DNA of 64,000 nucleotides. It comes from Nitrospirota bacterium. Lineage in GTDB: Bacteria > Nitrospirota > UBA9217. Positions 20,771 through 29,800 of the stretch are shown in pieces. Made by a program: the position numbers and the translations under genes. The notes below the pieces were generated by a model. That model made no database searches and was not told where the DNA came from. It was given only the letters and a program-made list of their open reading frames with translations. The stretch covers positions 38,288 to 102,287 of the forward strand of contig DATJAP010000011.1 in assembly GCA_035516155.1 (NCBI GenBank), written 5' to 3'. Within the stretch, counting starts at the first letter, position 1, and each line of letters opens with the position of its first letter.

Positions 20771-22765
20771 ATGTGTATAAAGAACAGAGTGCTTCTGGGA
20801 ATCGTTGCGTTGTTGGCCGTCATGATCACGGTATCCTGCGGTGGGCCGGAACAGAAAAAGGCCCAGTTTTTAAACAAAGGCAAAGCGCTTTATGAAAAAG
20901 GGGAATATGCTAAAGCACAGCTGGAGTTCAGAAATGCAATCCAGATCGATGTCAAGTATGCCGATGCCTATTATATGCTGGGAATGACCGCCTTGAGGTC
21001 CGGCAACCCACGTGGAGCCTACGGCGGTTTCGCCAAGGCTATCGAACTGAATCCTCGGCATTGGGACGCCCAGCTGCAGGTGGGATGGTTCCTCCTGGGC
21101 AGCGGCAATACCCGTGAAGCCATGGACAAGGCCGAACTTATACTGAAGAGCAACCCGGCATACGAGGACGCCTTCATCTTGAAGGGGGCGGTGTTGTTGA
21201 AGAAAAAGGATATGGACGGGGCCCGTAAATATTTCGAGTCGGTGCTTGGCCGCGACGTGCATAAGCCTGAGGGTTACCTCCTGCTGACCTCGGTCTACGC
21301 TGAGAAGGACGACGCGGTCAACGTCGAGCGGGTCCTGCTGGACGGCATCAGGGAAAATCAGAAGTCCGTCCCCCTTTATCTTGGCCTTGCCGATCTTTAT
21401 GTAAAGAAGAAACGGATGGACGATGCCATCCGCCAGATGCAGAAGGTAGTCGAGATAGAACCGAATGTGAACCGGCATCGCCTGAACTTGGCCGCGCTCT
21501 ACTGGCAGTCGAGCAGGGAGCAGCAGGCAAAGGATGTTCTGAATTCATACGTACAGACGGATCCCAAAAAAGAGGACCGCTGGATCCAAGCTGCCCAGTT
21601 CTACATAGCGCGAAACAAACTCGGCGACGGTGAGGAGCAGTTGAAAGAAGGGATTCGGCAGAATGGAAAGAGCTTTCCGATCCGTTTCGCCCTGAGCGCC
21701 TACTATTTTGATTCCAATCGACCAGACGAGGGGCTTGCCGTCCTGCAGGACTGTCTGAAATTGGAACGGAATGCCGCCAATCCCAATATCCTGCACACTA
21801 AAAATTCCCTGGCAGAGTTCTATATTTCCCGTTCGGAGCTGGACAAGGCAAAACAGTATGTCGACGAGGTGATCAAAGAAAGCCCGAAGGACGTTGATGC
21901 TAACTATCTCGCGGGAACCATTCACCTCAGGAAGCAGGAGGCTCTGCAGGCCGTGTCATCGTTCAGGACCGTGATAAACGAACGGCAGGAGTTCATTCCC
22001 GGGTACGTCGGCTTGGCGGATGCCCACCTGTTGAACAAAGAGTATAAACTGGCCTTTGATACGCTCCAGAATGCATTGAAGATCGCACCGAAGTCCCGCG
22101 AGGTGATCCGCGTCATGGCCCGCGTCTACGCCGTGCAGAAGGATTTCAAGAATGCCGAGACAGAGTTTCGCCAGCTTCTGACCGCCAACCCCAAGGACCT
22201 TGAGGTGCATGCCGATCTGGGGGACCTGATGCTTTTAGCGGGAGACGCGCGGCGGGCGGAAGGGGAGTATCTGGTCATCAAGCGGCTTGCCCCGAACAAT
22301 CCGGTGAGCTATGTGAAGCTGAGCGCCCTCTACGGAAGCCAGAAGAAATGGGATAAGGCCATAGACGAACTGGAGCGAGCGGTACGCACCCGTCCGGACC
22401 TCTGGGCGACGACGAACGACCTGGCTTATCTCCTGACCGAATACGGTAACGGAAAAAAAGACCTAGACCGCGCCCTTGCACTTGCCGAGAAGGCGAGAAC
22501 ACTGAATCCAGATAATCCGTCGGTGTTTGACACCCTTGGCTGGGTTAACTTCCGGAAGGGTGATGACAAGCAGGCAATCGAGTGGCTGGGGAAGGCTCAG
22601 GCCAAAAGCGCCGGGAGCCCCATCATTAACTACCATCTCGGGATGGCGTACAACCAGATCGGCATGCCGGAAAAGGCCAAGCAGTATCTGAAGATAGCCC
22701 TTGCATCGAAGGCTGCATTCCCCGGAAGGGGTCAAGCCGAAAAGACGATGGCGGCCATCCATTGA
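20771..22765 (+). CDS. TPR-repeat lipoprotein (PEP-CTERM system PrsT-like)
   Basis: The start at the 20771 ATG gives the signal and lipobox LLAVMITVSCGG. The rest is tandem TPR units (YAKAQLEFRNAIQIDVKYADAYYMLG and similar). The track ORF start at 20636 adds an implausible non-signal leader. Confidence 0.7.
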   Translation: MCIKNRVLLGIVALLAVMITVSCGGPEQKKAQFLNKGKALYEKGEYAKAQLEFRNAIQIDVKYADAYYMLGMTALRSGNPRGAYGGFAKAIELNPRHWDAQLQVGWFLLGSGNTREAMDKAELILKSNPAYEDAFILKGAVLLKKKDMDGARKYFESVLGRDVHKPEGYLLLTSVYAEKDDAVNVERVLLDGIRENQKSVPLYLGLADLYVKKKRMDDAIRQMQKVVEIEPNVNRHRLNLAALYWQSSREQQAKDVLNSYVQTDPKKEDRWIQAAQFYIARNKLGDGEEQLKEGIRQNGKSFPIRFALSAYYFDSNRPDEGLAVLQDCLKLERNAANPNILHTKNSLAEFYISRSELDKAKQYVDEVIKESPKDVDANYLAGTIHLRKQEALQAVSSFRTVINERQEFIPGYVGLADAHLLNKEYKLAFDTLQNALKIAPKSREVIRVMARVYAVQKDFKNAETEFRQLLTANPKDLEVHADLGDLMLLAGDARRAEGEYLVIKRLAPNNPVSYVKLSALYGSQKKWDKAIDELERAVRTRPDLWATTNDLAYLLTEYGNGKKDLDRALALAEKARTLNPDNPSVFDTLGWVNFRKGDDKQAIEWLGKAQAKSAGSPIINYHLGMAYNQIGMPEKAKQYLKIALASKAAFPGRGQAEKTMAAIH

Positions 22766-22793
22766 TCTAAGAAAATGGAGGAGCAAAGCGATT

Positions 22794-23390
22794 ATGATAC
22801 GTAAAATATTGGTGCTGTTGATGGTTGGACTGCTGGGTGTATGGTCTCCGGTCTTTTCCGAGGGATCGACCGAACCGGCCCTGTCGGCGGGTGAGGAGAG
22901 CATGGAGCAGGGCTATCTCATCGGTCCCAGCGATGTCCTCGAGGTATCCGTATGGAAGGACGAGGCCTTGACGAGATCCTGCGTGGTCAGGCCTGACGGG
23001 TTCATATCGTTCCCGCTTATTGGAGATGTGCCCGCAGCGGGCAAGACCGTGCTCGAACTGAAATCGGAGATGGAGCGCAAACTGAACCGGTTTGTTCCGG
23101 GAGTCGTCCTCCTCATCGACATAAAGCAGATCAACAGCCTAATCATCTATGTGATTGGCAAGGTGAACAATCCCGGCCGGTTCGTTTTGGGTGTCGATGT
23201 GACCGTCCTGCAGGCGCTGGCAGCGGCGGGGGGGCTCAATGTTTTCGCCAAAGGGCGCAAGATCAAAATATTCCGAAGCGGCAAAGATGAGACCACAATT
23301 TTTCCCTTCGATTACGATGAAGTCGTGGATGGAAAGCACCTGGAACAGAATATCCATCTTATGCGAGGCGATGTCGTGGTCGTACCGTGA
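22794..23390 (+). CDS. Polysaccharide export protein (Wza/Poly_export + SLBB, PEP-CTERM locus type)
   Basis: Signal peptide MIRKILVLLMVGLLGVWSPVFSEG. Poly_export motif GPSDVLEVSVWKDEALTRSCVVRPDGFISFPLIGDVPAAGKTVLEL. SLBB-like C-terminus. Confidence 0.8.
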   Translation: MIRKILVLLMVGLLGVWSPVFSEGSTEPALSAGEESMEQGYLIGPSDVLEVSVWKDEALTRSCVVRPDGFISFPLIGDVPAAGKTVLELKSEMERKLNRFVPGVVLLIDIKQINSLIIYVIGKVNNPGRFVLGVDVTVLQALAAAGGLNVFAKGRKIKIFRSGKDETTIFPFDYDEVVDGKHLEQNIHLMRGDVVVVP

Positions 23391-24733
23391 GGAATGCCGG
23401 ACGTTACATAACGCTCATCGTGCTCCTGTTGGTATGCCCGTCGCTTGCGCGGGGTGATGAAATATGTTTTATACCGTCCATGGCCTTGAAGGAGGAATAC
23501 AACAGCAACATTATGCTGGTTCCTGAAGCGAACGGTGTAATAAAGGATTATATCACGACCCTATCGCCCGGCTTCGATCTGACCGACAAGACCGATCGGC
23601 TCGATTCCTTGCTGTCGCTCCGGCTGGACCGGCTGCAATACTCCAAGTACGATTATCTCAGTGCGACCAACCAGTCGTACAATGGCACCGTACGGTACGC
23701 GGCCACGCCGCTGTTTACTCTTTCGGCGGGAGCGGGATATACGAGGATTGCCAATTTGAGCCTTTATACGGGGTCGGCCTATTCACCGTCGGTCGGCACA
23801 GTTTCCTCCGGCGGCAACAGTTCTCCCCCGCCGGTACCGGTGACGTCTCCCCCTACGGCCGGCAACTCTAATTCCGGCGGAGTTATTATTGCAAGTCCCG
23901 CACTACCTCTTGTGGCTTTACCGGTACAGAGTACAACCGCCTCGATGTCCACAGGCTATCAACTGACGGAAAAAACATCGCTCCTGTCCCAGTATCAATA
24001 TGTTGGGAGCTCTTATCAACAACCGTATTATCGTGCCACATCCTATGACGTGCAGGCGGGGCTTACGACCGATTTCAGTGAGTACCTTCCCCGGGTGAAA
24101 GGCCTTCTGAATACGGAATACAGCCAGTATCTCTTGCCTGATTCAAGAACCATCAACGTAGCGGGTTCTATTGGTTTTTCCTACGCTGTCAGCGAGACCT
24201 GGAGCGTTCTCGCTCAAGGCGGTATCCGCCGTACCGAGTCAGAACAATTTTTAAACACATGGGTTCCCAACGGCAACCCCGGTTCGTCCACTCTCGTCAG
24301 GGAGAGGCTCAACAATATTGCTTGGGGCCAAGTCGGTAATCTTTCCCTGAACTACCAAGGTGAATACATGGATGCACATCTTATGTATACCAAGGATCTT
24401 ACCTTGGCCTCGGGTCTCCAGTCCGCGACCGACGAAAACGACCTGCAGATCGCAGCCACGTACAAAATCAGTTATGAACTGTCGGTCTCACTGTCGGCCG
24501 AGTATACCACATACCAGTCGCCTGAACAGAATGCGGCCGTTGTCGTCAATCAGCGGGACATTAGCATCTCGCCGGTCATCCGGTACGACTTCTCAAGGGA
24601 CTTAGCACTCGAGGCAACCTACCAACAGATCAGGATCGATTACCATACAGAGAATACCGAGGCAAACAGACAGTCGTACTTCTTGCGTTTGACAGCCCGG
24701 TTCCCGTACTGCAGTTCGAGCCAGTACAAATAA
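23387..24733 (+). CDS. Putative outer-membrane beta-barrel protein of the PEP-CTERM-associated type
   Basis: Signal peptide. Alternating-hydrophobicity strands rich in Y/S/T/G (LSAGAGYTRI, GSIGFSYAVSETWSVLAQGGIRR, ISPVIRYDFSRDLALEATYQQ). GTGA overlap with the exporter gene. Position matches the uncharacterised OMP slot of exosortase loci. Confidence 0.5.
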   Translation: MRNAGRYITLIVLLLVCPSLARGDEICFIPSMALKEEYNSNIMLVPEANGVIKDYITTLSPGFDLTDKTDRLDSLLSLRLDRLQYSKYDYLSATNQSYNGTVRYAATPLFTLSAGAGYTRIANLSLYTGSAYSPSVGTVSSGGNSSPPPVPVTSPPTAGNSNSGGVIIASPALPLVALPVQSTTASMSTGYQLTEKTSLLSQYQYVGSSYQQPYYRATSYDVQAGLTTDFSEYLPRVKGLLNTEYSQYLLPDSRTINVAGSIGFSYAVSETWSVLAQGGIRRTESEQFLNTWVPNGNPGSSTLVRERLNNIAWGQVGNLSLNYQGEYMDAHLMYTKDLTLASGLQSATDENDLQIAATYKISYELSVSLSAEYTTYQSPEQNAAVVVNQRDISISPVIRYDFSRDLALEATYQQIRIDYHTENTEANRQSYFLRLTARFPYCSSSQYK

Positions 24734-24747
24734 TCATAGGAGCGTTA

Positions 24748-26322
24748 ATGATGGAGGAAGCCAAAATAACAAGTACCAAGGATGTGGTCAGGATCATCAA
24801 AAGGAGGCGATGGGCGCTTATCATTCCAGCTCTGATTGTTCCGCTACTTTCCGTGTTGGTCATCTTGCTCTGGAAGCCTGTCTATCGCTCCACGTCCACG
24901 ATTCTGATCGAGGAGCAGGAAATCTCCCGGGAGTACGTGATGGCGGCCGTGACGAGCTACGCGGAACAGCGTCTGCAGATCATTAACCAGCGGATTATGA
25001 GCGCCGGCCGGCTGCTTGAGATCATCAACCGATTCAACCTGTATGCAGATAAGCGAAACAAGATGACGTCGGAAGAGATCATCGAGAACATGCGAAAGAA
25101 GGACATTAAGTTCGAGACCATAATGGCTGACGTTATTGATCGGAGGACAGGACAGAAAACGGCTGCTACCATCGCATTTACCGTCTCCTACGAGGGACAC
25201 AATCCTCAAGTGGTCCAGCAGGTCGCGAATGAGCTTGCGTCCCTTTATCTTGAGGAGAACATGAAGGTTGTGGGGCAGCAGACGGAAGGTACGACGAAGT
25301 TCCTGGATGAGGAAATGAAATCCGTTCAGGCCGAACTTGTCGAGTTAGAAAGGAAAATCGCGGTTTACAAGGAGCGGCACAGCCAGGCCCTGCCTGATTT
25401 GTTACAGTTCAACCTGCAATCCCTGGATTGGGACGAGCGGAACTGGGATCAATTGAACGAGCAGCTCCGGGCGCTCCGGGATAAGGAAAGCTACTACCAG
25501 TCAGAACTGGCCACAATGGTGCCAGACGCGACCAACCAGGATAAAGATCGGCTGAAGGAGCTGCGGGTTGCCCTCGTCGACCTGAAGGCGAGGTATTCCG
25601 AAGAATACCCCGACGTGATCAAGACCAAGGCGGAGATCGCTGTTTTGGAGAAGAAGCTCCAGGAAAAGGTGAGCGAACCCACCGATCAGAAAAAACCCGA
25701 CAATCCCGCCTACATCGCGCTTGCCTCGGAGCTGGCCGGCGTCCAGGCGGACATCAAGTCCATTAAGCTGCAGATCGATGACATTGAGCGGAAACGGGAA
25801 GATTTCCAGCGCAGGCTGGAAGCATCTCCCAAAGTCGAGGAAGGGTTCAAAGACCTTATGGTCCAGCGGAACAATACCCAGGCTAAATATGACGATCTCA
25901 TGAAAAAGTACATGGAAGCCAAGGTGGCTTATGGCCTGGAAAAGGAGCAGATGGGTGAACGGTTTACATTGATCGATCCGGCAAGGCTCCCTGAAAAAGC
26001 GGTACGGCCGAACCGTCCGATCATTCTTCTGATTGGGCTCATTCTTGGTATCGCATCCGGAGTAGGGACCGCGTCTCTCCAGGAGGTATCCGACCGGTCT
26101 GTCCGGAAGACGGAGGATTTGGCCAAAGTTTTTCCGTTTCCCGTTTTGTCGGAGATCCCGGAGATTGTCACGCTCGAGGACGAACAGCGAAATAAGAAAC
26201 GATTGATAATAGCCTCCGTCTCTACCATCCTCTTCATACTGATCGTTGCCTTGGTTATCCAATTCTTTGTGATGGATTTGGACATCCTCTGGATCCGTAT
26301 GATGAAATACATCGCTATGTAA
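24748..26322 (+). CDS. Polysaccharide chain-length determinant (Wzz/GumC-type, PEP-CTERM locus)
   Basis: N-terminal TM plus Wzz motif (IIKRRRWALIIPALIV...YRSTSTILIE). Long coiled-coil periplasmic region. C-terminal PNRPIILLIGLILGIASG TM helix. Confidence 0.8.
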   Translation: MMEEAKITSTKDVVRIIKRRRWALIIPALIVPLLSVLVILLWKPVYRSTSTILIEEQEISREYVMAAVTSYAEQRLQIINQRIMSAGRLLEIINRFNLYADKRNKMTSEEIIENMRKKDIKFETIMADVIDRRTGQKTAATIAFTVSYEGHNPQVVQQVANELASLYLEENMKVVGQQTEGTTKFLDEEMKSVQAELVELERKIAVYKERHSQALPDLLQFNLQSLDWDERNWDQLNEQLRALRDKESYYQSELATMVPDATNQDKDRLKELRVALVDLKARYSEEYPDVIKTKAEIAVLEKKLQEKVSEPTDQKKPDNPAYIALASELAGVQADIKSIKLQIDDIERKREDFQRRLEASPKVEEGFKDLMVQRNNTQAKYDDLMKKYMEAKVAYGLEKEQMGERFTLIDPARLPEKAVRPNRPIILLIGLILGIASGVGTASLQEVSDRSVRKTEDLAKVFPFPVLSEIPEIVTLEDEQRNKKRLIIASVSTILFILIVALVIQFFVMDLDILWIRMMKYIAM

Positions 26323-26332
26323 CGAAACCGCT

Positions 26333-27160
26333 ATGACGGCTAGGAGAGAATCGATGATGCATAAGATGAAGGAAATGATCGCCCTTATCAGGCAGAAGGG
26401 TGGAAATGGTCACCTAAAAACAACTCCGCCTCCCCTCTGGGAACATGCCTCTGAGCAGGACAGGGAGCAAGCCGGATGGATATCGCCTGCCTATGTTCAG
26501 TCGCAGTCGGTCAAACTGGATCCGCTGCTCCTTGCCAGGAACCGTTGTCTCCTGTATCTGGACAACACCAGGGAAGCGGAGTCCTTCAGAGTATTACGAA
26601 CACAGGTTCTGCAACGGACTAGAGATTCGGGTGCCAACACAATTATGGTCACAAGCGCGCTCCCGGGCGAGGGAAAAACCATTACCGCCATCAATCTAGC
26701 CATCGCGATCGCGCGGGAATTCCAGCATACGGTCATGCTGGTCGACGGCGATCTGAGAAAGCAGAGCGTCCATAAATACCTGGGTTGCGGGGGTGGAAAG
26801 GGGCTCATGGATTATCTTGCTGGCCGCTCGCCTTTTTCCGAACTGATCACGTGGGCTGGCATAGAAAAAATGACTGTTATTTCGGGCGGTAGCCTGCTGC
26901 AAGAAAGCGCCGAGATCCTCGGCTCTCCCCGCATGCGGGAACTGGTGCCAAGCATGAAGGGGCGCTATTCCGATCGGTATATCATTTTCGACGTACCTCC
27001 CATTCTGACCGGAGCCGACGTGCTGACAATGGCACCTCTAGTCGACAAGATACTCGTTGTTGTTCAGGCTGGCAAGACTTCAACGGACGACGTCAAGAAG
27101 GCCCTTCAGTACCTTCCGAAGGAGAAAATCCTCGGGTTGGTCCTGAACCGCTGTTATTGA
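26333..27160 (+). CDS. CpsD/CapB/EpsG-family P-loop ATPase (BY-kinase-like)
   Basis: Walker A is VTSALPGEGKTITAINLA. Walker A' is VMLVDGDLRK. Walker B is YIIFDVPP. There is no C-terminal tyrosine cluster: the protein ends LVLNRCY. Confidence 0.8.
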   Translation: MTARRESMMHKMKEMIALIRQKGGNGHLKTTPPPLWEHASEQDREQAGWISPAYVQSQSVKLDPLLLARNRCLLYLDNTREAESFRVLRTQVLQRTRDSGANTIMVTSALPGEGKTITAINLAIAIAREFQHTVMLVDGDLRKQSVHKYLGCGGGKGLMDYLAGRSPFSELITWAGIEKMTVISGGSLLQESAEILGSPRMRELVPSMKGRYSDRYIIFDVPPILTGADVLTMAPLVDKILVVVQAGKTSTDDVKKALQYLPKEKILGLVLNRCY

Positions 27161-27330
27161 CGTCTCATAAACAGTTATCCTCCAGGTTTTAATGAGATAC
27201 AGGGTAATCGATCAGAACCAGATTCCCGCTCAGAATTTTTGTGGAAATTACAAAAACAGGCGCGCCGAATGTTAAGGTTAGTATGAAACAATTAATTAGC
27301 CGAAATTGCGGAAGAACAGAGGGTGGAGCG

Positions 27331-27468
27331 ATGGAAAAACTGACAAAGATCATCGATTTCCTCAAGATACTCATGGACAGAAAGTTCACGGGTTCGATTA
27401 AGATTAAGTTCACTCGCGGGACTGTCGAGCGAGTGGAGCAGTTCGAAGAAATATTGAAGAACAAGTGA
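27331..27468 (+). CDS. Small YezD/DUF2292-like protein
   Basis: 45 aa: MEKLTKIIDFLKILMDRKFTGSIKIKFTRGTVERVEQFEEILKNK. It matches my recollection of the YezD pattern (GS-x-I-x-hydrophobic ... E-x-x-E). GAGGGTGGAG RBS upstream. Confidence 0.45.
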   Translation: MEKLTKIIDFLKILMDRKFTGSIKIKFTRGTVERVEQFEEILKNK

Positions 27469-27495
27469 TAAGGGACTTTTGCTGATCGGCATGCC

Positions 27496-27954
27496 TTAGG
27501 AGGGGATCAGAAAGCCCGAAGCAAGAAGGTGCGCGCATCTCGTTGCGAGCTGGCTCTTTTCGAGCGGGTATGAGGAAAAATCTCTTGCGGGTACAGAGTA
27601 TGAGCGGACAGAACCAAGAAGGCTCTGTGTGCGGTATTGACGCTTATGCCGGGGAGCGATAGTTTTTGGCAATCCCTGCCCAAAAGCGCGCAGAAGACCA
27701 TGAGCAAAAACCTGTCTGAAAGCGTACAAGCCGTAGGCTGGAAATGTTTTTCGTGATTCAAAGACAGCATGGAATTTCTCCAACGTGCCCCTAGTGCCTA
27801 ATATCATCAGGATAACATAGTTTTGGATACCCAAATATCGGAAGAGGATATTGACTCTGGCCCGCTCATTCCCCTGGCAAGCGCGAAGCGCCAGGAGGGG
27901 CCGAGCGGACAGGGTTGCTTTGTTTGTGTGTCGGTTCTCTTTTTGAGAGATCAC
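27496..27954 (-). pseudogene. Possible decayed IS200/RAYT-like (Y1 transposase) remnant
   Basis: Minus-strand frames carry scattered matches to the REP-associated tyrosine transposase pattern: ARPL...GNER...ILF, ILG...EKFHA, AYGL, RHKR...SLLGSVRSY. There is no intact HUH motif and matches are spread over two frames. Confidence 0.3.
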
Positions 27955-28133
27955 AACTGAAATAGTCTTGCACTAAACATGCATTATTAGTGGGCATTTG
28001 CGCACCTGCCTGATTTATTTTACTCCTTCAAAAACGTTGTTATTGATCCAGCAATACATTGGGCCTGTTCATCGCTTGTCACCGAGAATTGTGCCGGAGT
28101 GCTGTGCATACCTTATGTGATGGGAGCTGAGCT

Positions 28134-28535
28134 GTGGGGGATGATATGAAGAATGATATGAGAACAGGTGAGTTGTTTCGCATCTTGGTTATATCGGTTT
28201 CGCTCCTCATCCAGTCATGCGGTAGCGGAGCGCCGGACAGCAGTGGAATTCCAAACAACTATACGGTAGGCGGCTCCGTATCCAACCTCGTCGACAACGG
28301 ACTTGTGCTTCAGAATAACGGCTGTGATGACCTTGTAATTTCAACTAGCAGTACTTCTTTTACTTTTCCGACGACCATTGCTGACGGAGATGACTACAAT
28401 GTCACAGTAAAGACCCAGCCTGAAACGCAGCTTTGTATGGTAACGCAAGCCAGTGGGACAGTTTCCGGCACAAATGTGACGAATGTCGGAGTTCAATGCT
28501 CTCTCCGACCGGAATTTATGCTAATTAGAGAATAG
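28134..28535 (+). CDS. Small secreted lipoprotein with a GLVLQNNG-type beta domain
   Basis: Lipobox LLIQSCGSG. The domain TVGGSVSNLVDNGLVLQNNGCDDLVISTSSTSFTFPTTIADGDDYNVTVKTQPETQLCMVTQASGTVSGTNVTNVGVQC resembles a repeat common in uncharacterised bacterial lipoproteins. The start could also be the ATG at 28146. Confidence 0.5.
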   Translation: MGDDMKNDMRTGELFRILVISVSLLIQSCGSGAPDSSGIPNNYTVGGSVSNLVDNGLVLQNNGCDDLVISTSSTSFTFPTTIADGDDYNVTVKTQPETQLCMVTQASGTVSGTNVTNVGVQCSLRPEFMLIRE

Positions 28536-28812
28536 TCTTGCAAAGACGGCACGATCTATACATAAATGTTGAGGAGCCATACATATTATTTACAGTCGCG
28601 GCAAATGCAGCGCCTTTTAAATTGGGATCCCAACCGATTTACGAAAATTAAACATCTTATTCGTCTCGTAAGAAACCTGCGCATCAACAACCAACTTCAG
28701 AACAAAAAAACAACTATTTTGTCGGCATCTCCCTGTTGAACAGATTTTTGTGACGTTACCCGGGGTAAAAGTCAATCCCGAAAACCATCACTCTGGAACG
28801 ATGGTGCAATCT

Positions 28813-29010
28813 TTACGTCTGTCGGAGGAAATACGCAAGGCTTTCCTGGTATGAGCGGTCTACTTCTTCCGGAGGGAACCCGAGTTCCCGCACAAGCCAC
28901 TGGACGGCTTCGGCAAGCTGGGCGGATTCTTTTTCATTCAGATGTGGGGTGACCATCATCACGCTTGGTACCGGCATAGACACCTCCCTGGTTCCTGGTT
29001 TTTTAAACAA
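28813..29010 (-). CDS. Hypothetical small protein
   Basis: Evidence is the ORF only: an acidic helical C-terminal half (EKESAQLAEAVQWLVRELGFPPEEVDRSYQESLAYFL). The start is uncertain. Confidence 0.2.
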   Translation of the reverse strand: MFKKPGTREVSMPVPSVMMVTPHLNEKESAQLAEAVQWLVRELGFPPEEVDRSYQESLAYFLRQT

Positions 29011-29172
29011 TATTCAGCAGCTCAAACTTATATTCGATCTGCTCGCGTCAAATGCCCCCTTCTCCAACATCCTGCACCATGAGGGAAGGCAAACATCTGT
29101 ATCGGAGGAACTTCTGCGAGTCTGGAAGAAATAACGGAGAGACAGTGTCTAGAGGGGACAATACGCCTGAAG

Positions 29173-29212
29173 CATTACATGAATATTGAAATAAGGTTAA
29201 AATTCCGTTAAA
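29173..29212 (+). promoter_or_regulatory. Weak 11-bp-phased array CATTACA / TATTGAA / GGTTAAA / CGTTAAA
   Basis: Four NNTTAMA heptamers start at 29173, 29184, 29195 and 29206, exactly 11 bp apart, in a 450-bp AT-rich non-coding stretch. Confidence 0.25.
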
Positions 29213-29458
29213 TGAATGCTTCGTTCGATTGACTCAGAGATAAAACGATGACCTGAAGAAGTATTTGACAGCCGAGATTACAGGTGAGGGCAGAAAATTC
29301 CAATAGATCTGAAATTTATCATCATTTGGTGGAACAGCGAATGCTCGACTTCACACATTGTCCCTTACGAGATAATCATTGCCAGATGCGATTATTATTA
29401 AATCCATATTGTAGTATGCAACTCTAGATCAATTCAGAAATCATTCAGGTAGAATTCA

Positions 29459-29800
29459 TCAAGCCTCTCCACTCCCACCTTCAACCGAGTCGACCGCAAT
29501 CTTTTCTGCTACGTCAAGGACCTTTTCCGCTGCCTGCTCGATAACTTCATCAGACGTTTTTGCCTTAGAAAGAATAAAAAAACCCTGTTTTTCAAGAAAG
29601 CTGATGATCTGCTCGTGTTTGATCTTATTTTCATCGAAATGCATTAATGCGCTGCCAGTAACAGGGTTGGTTTCTACCGACGTTATCCCTTCCAAACACC
29701 CTATAGCCTTTTCAAAAGTAGCCGCATTCTGCGGATTATCGTGGATGAATGGCGTTTGAATTCTTAGTCTGCCGGGGACATAATTATAATAATAATCCAT
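29459..29800 (-). CDS. Stand-alone HMA2-like (CxxC-less heavy-metal-associated-like) domain protein
   Basis: The ATG at 29800 is preceded by an AAGGAG RBS. The sequence MDYYYNYVPGRLRIQTPFIHDN...GITSVETNPVTGSALMHFDENKIKHEQIISFLEKQGF is paralogous to 43892, 45304 and 55216 in this window. Confidence 0.6.
   Translation of the reverse strand: MDYYYNYVPGRLRIQTPFIHDNPQNAATFEKAIGCLEGITSVETNPVTGSALMHFDENKIKHEQIISFLEKQGFFILSKAKTSDEVIEQAAEKVLDVAEKIAVDSVEGGSGEA

Noticed and set aside
27666-27681. Sigma-54-like TGGCA...TGC strings (also TGGCAC at ~20475 and ~62906).
   Set aside because: The spacing between the GG and GC elements does not fit the -24/-12 consensus, or the sites are inside coding sequence.
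27961-28542. Exact 12-mer AATAGTCTTGCA present on both sides of the small lipoprotein gene (27961-27972 and 28531-28542).
   Set aside because: A few 12-mer repeats within 1 kb are expected by chance in 64 kb. There is no extended similarity around them and no associated mobility gene.
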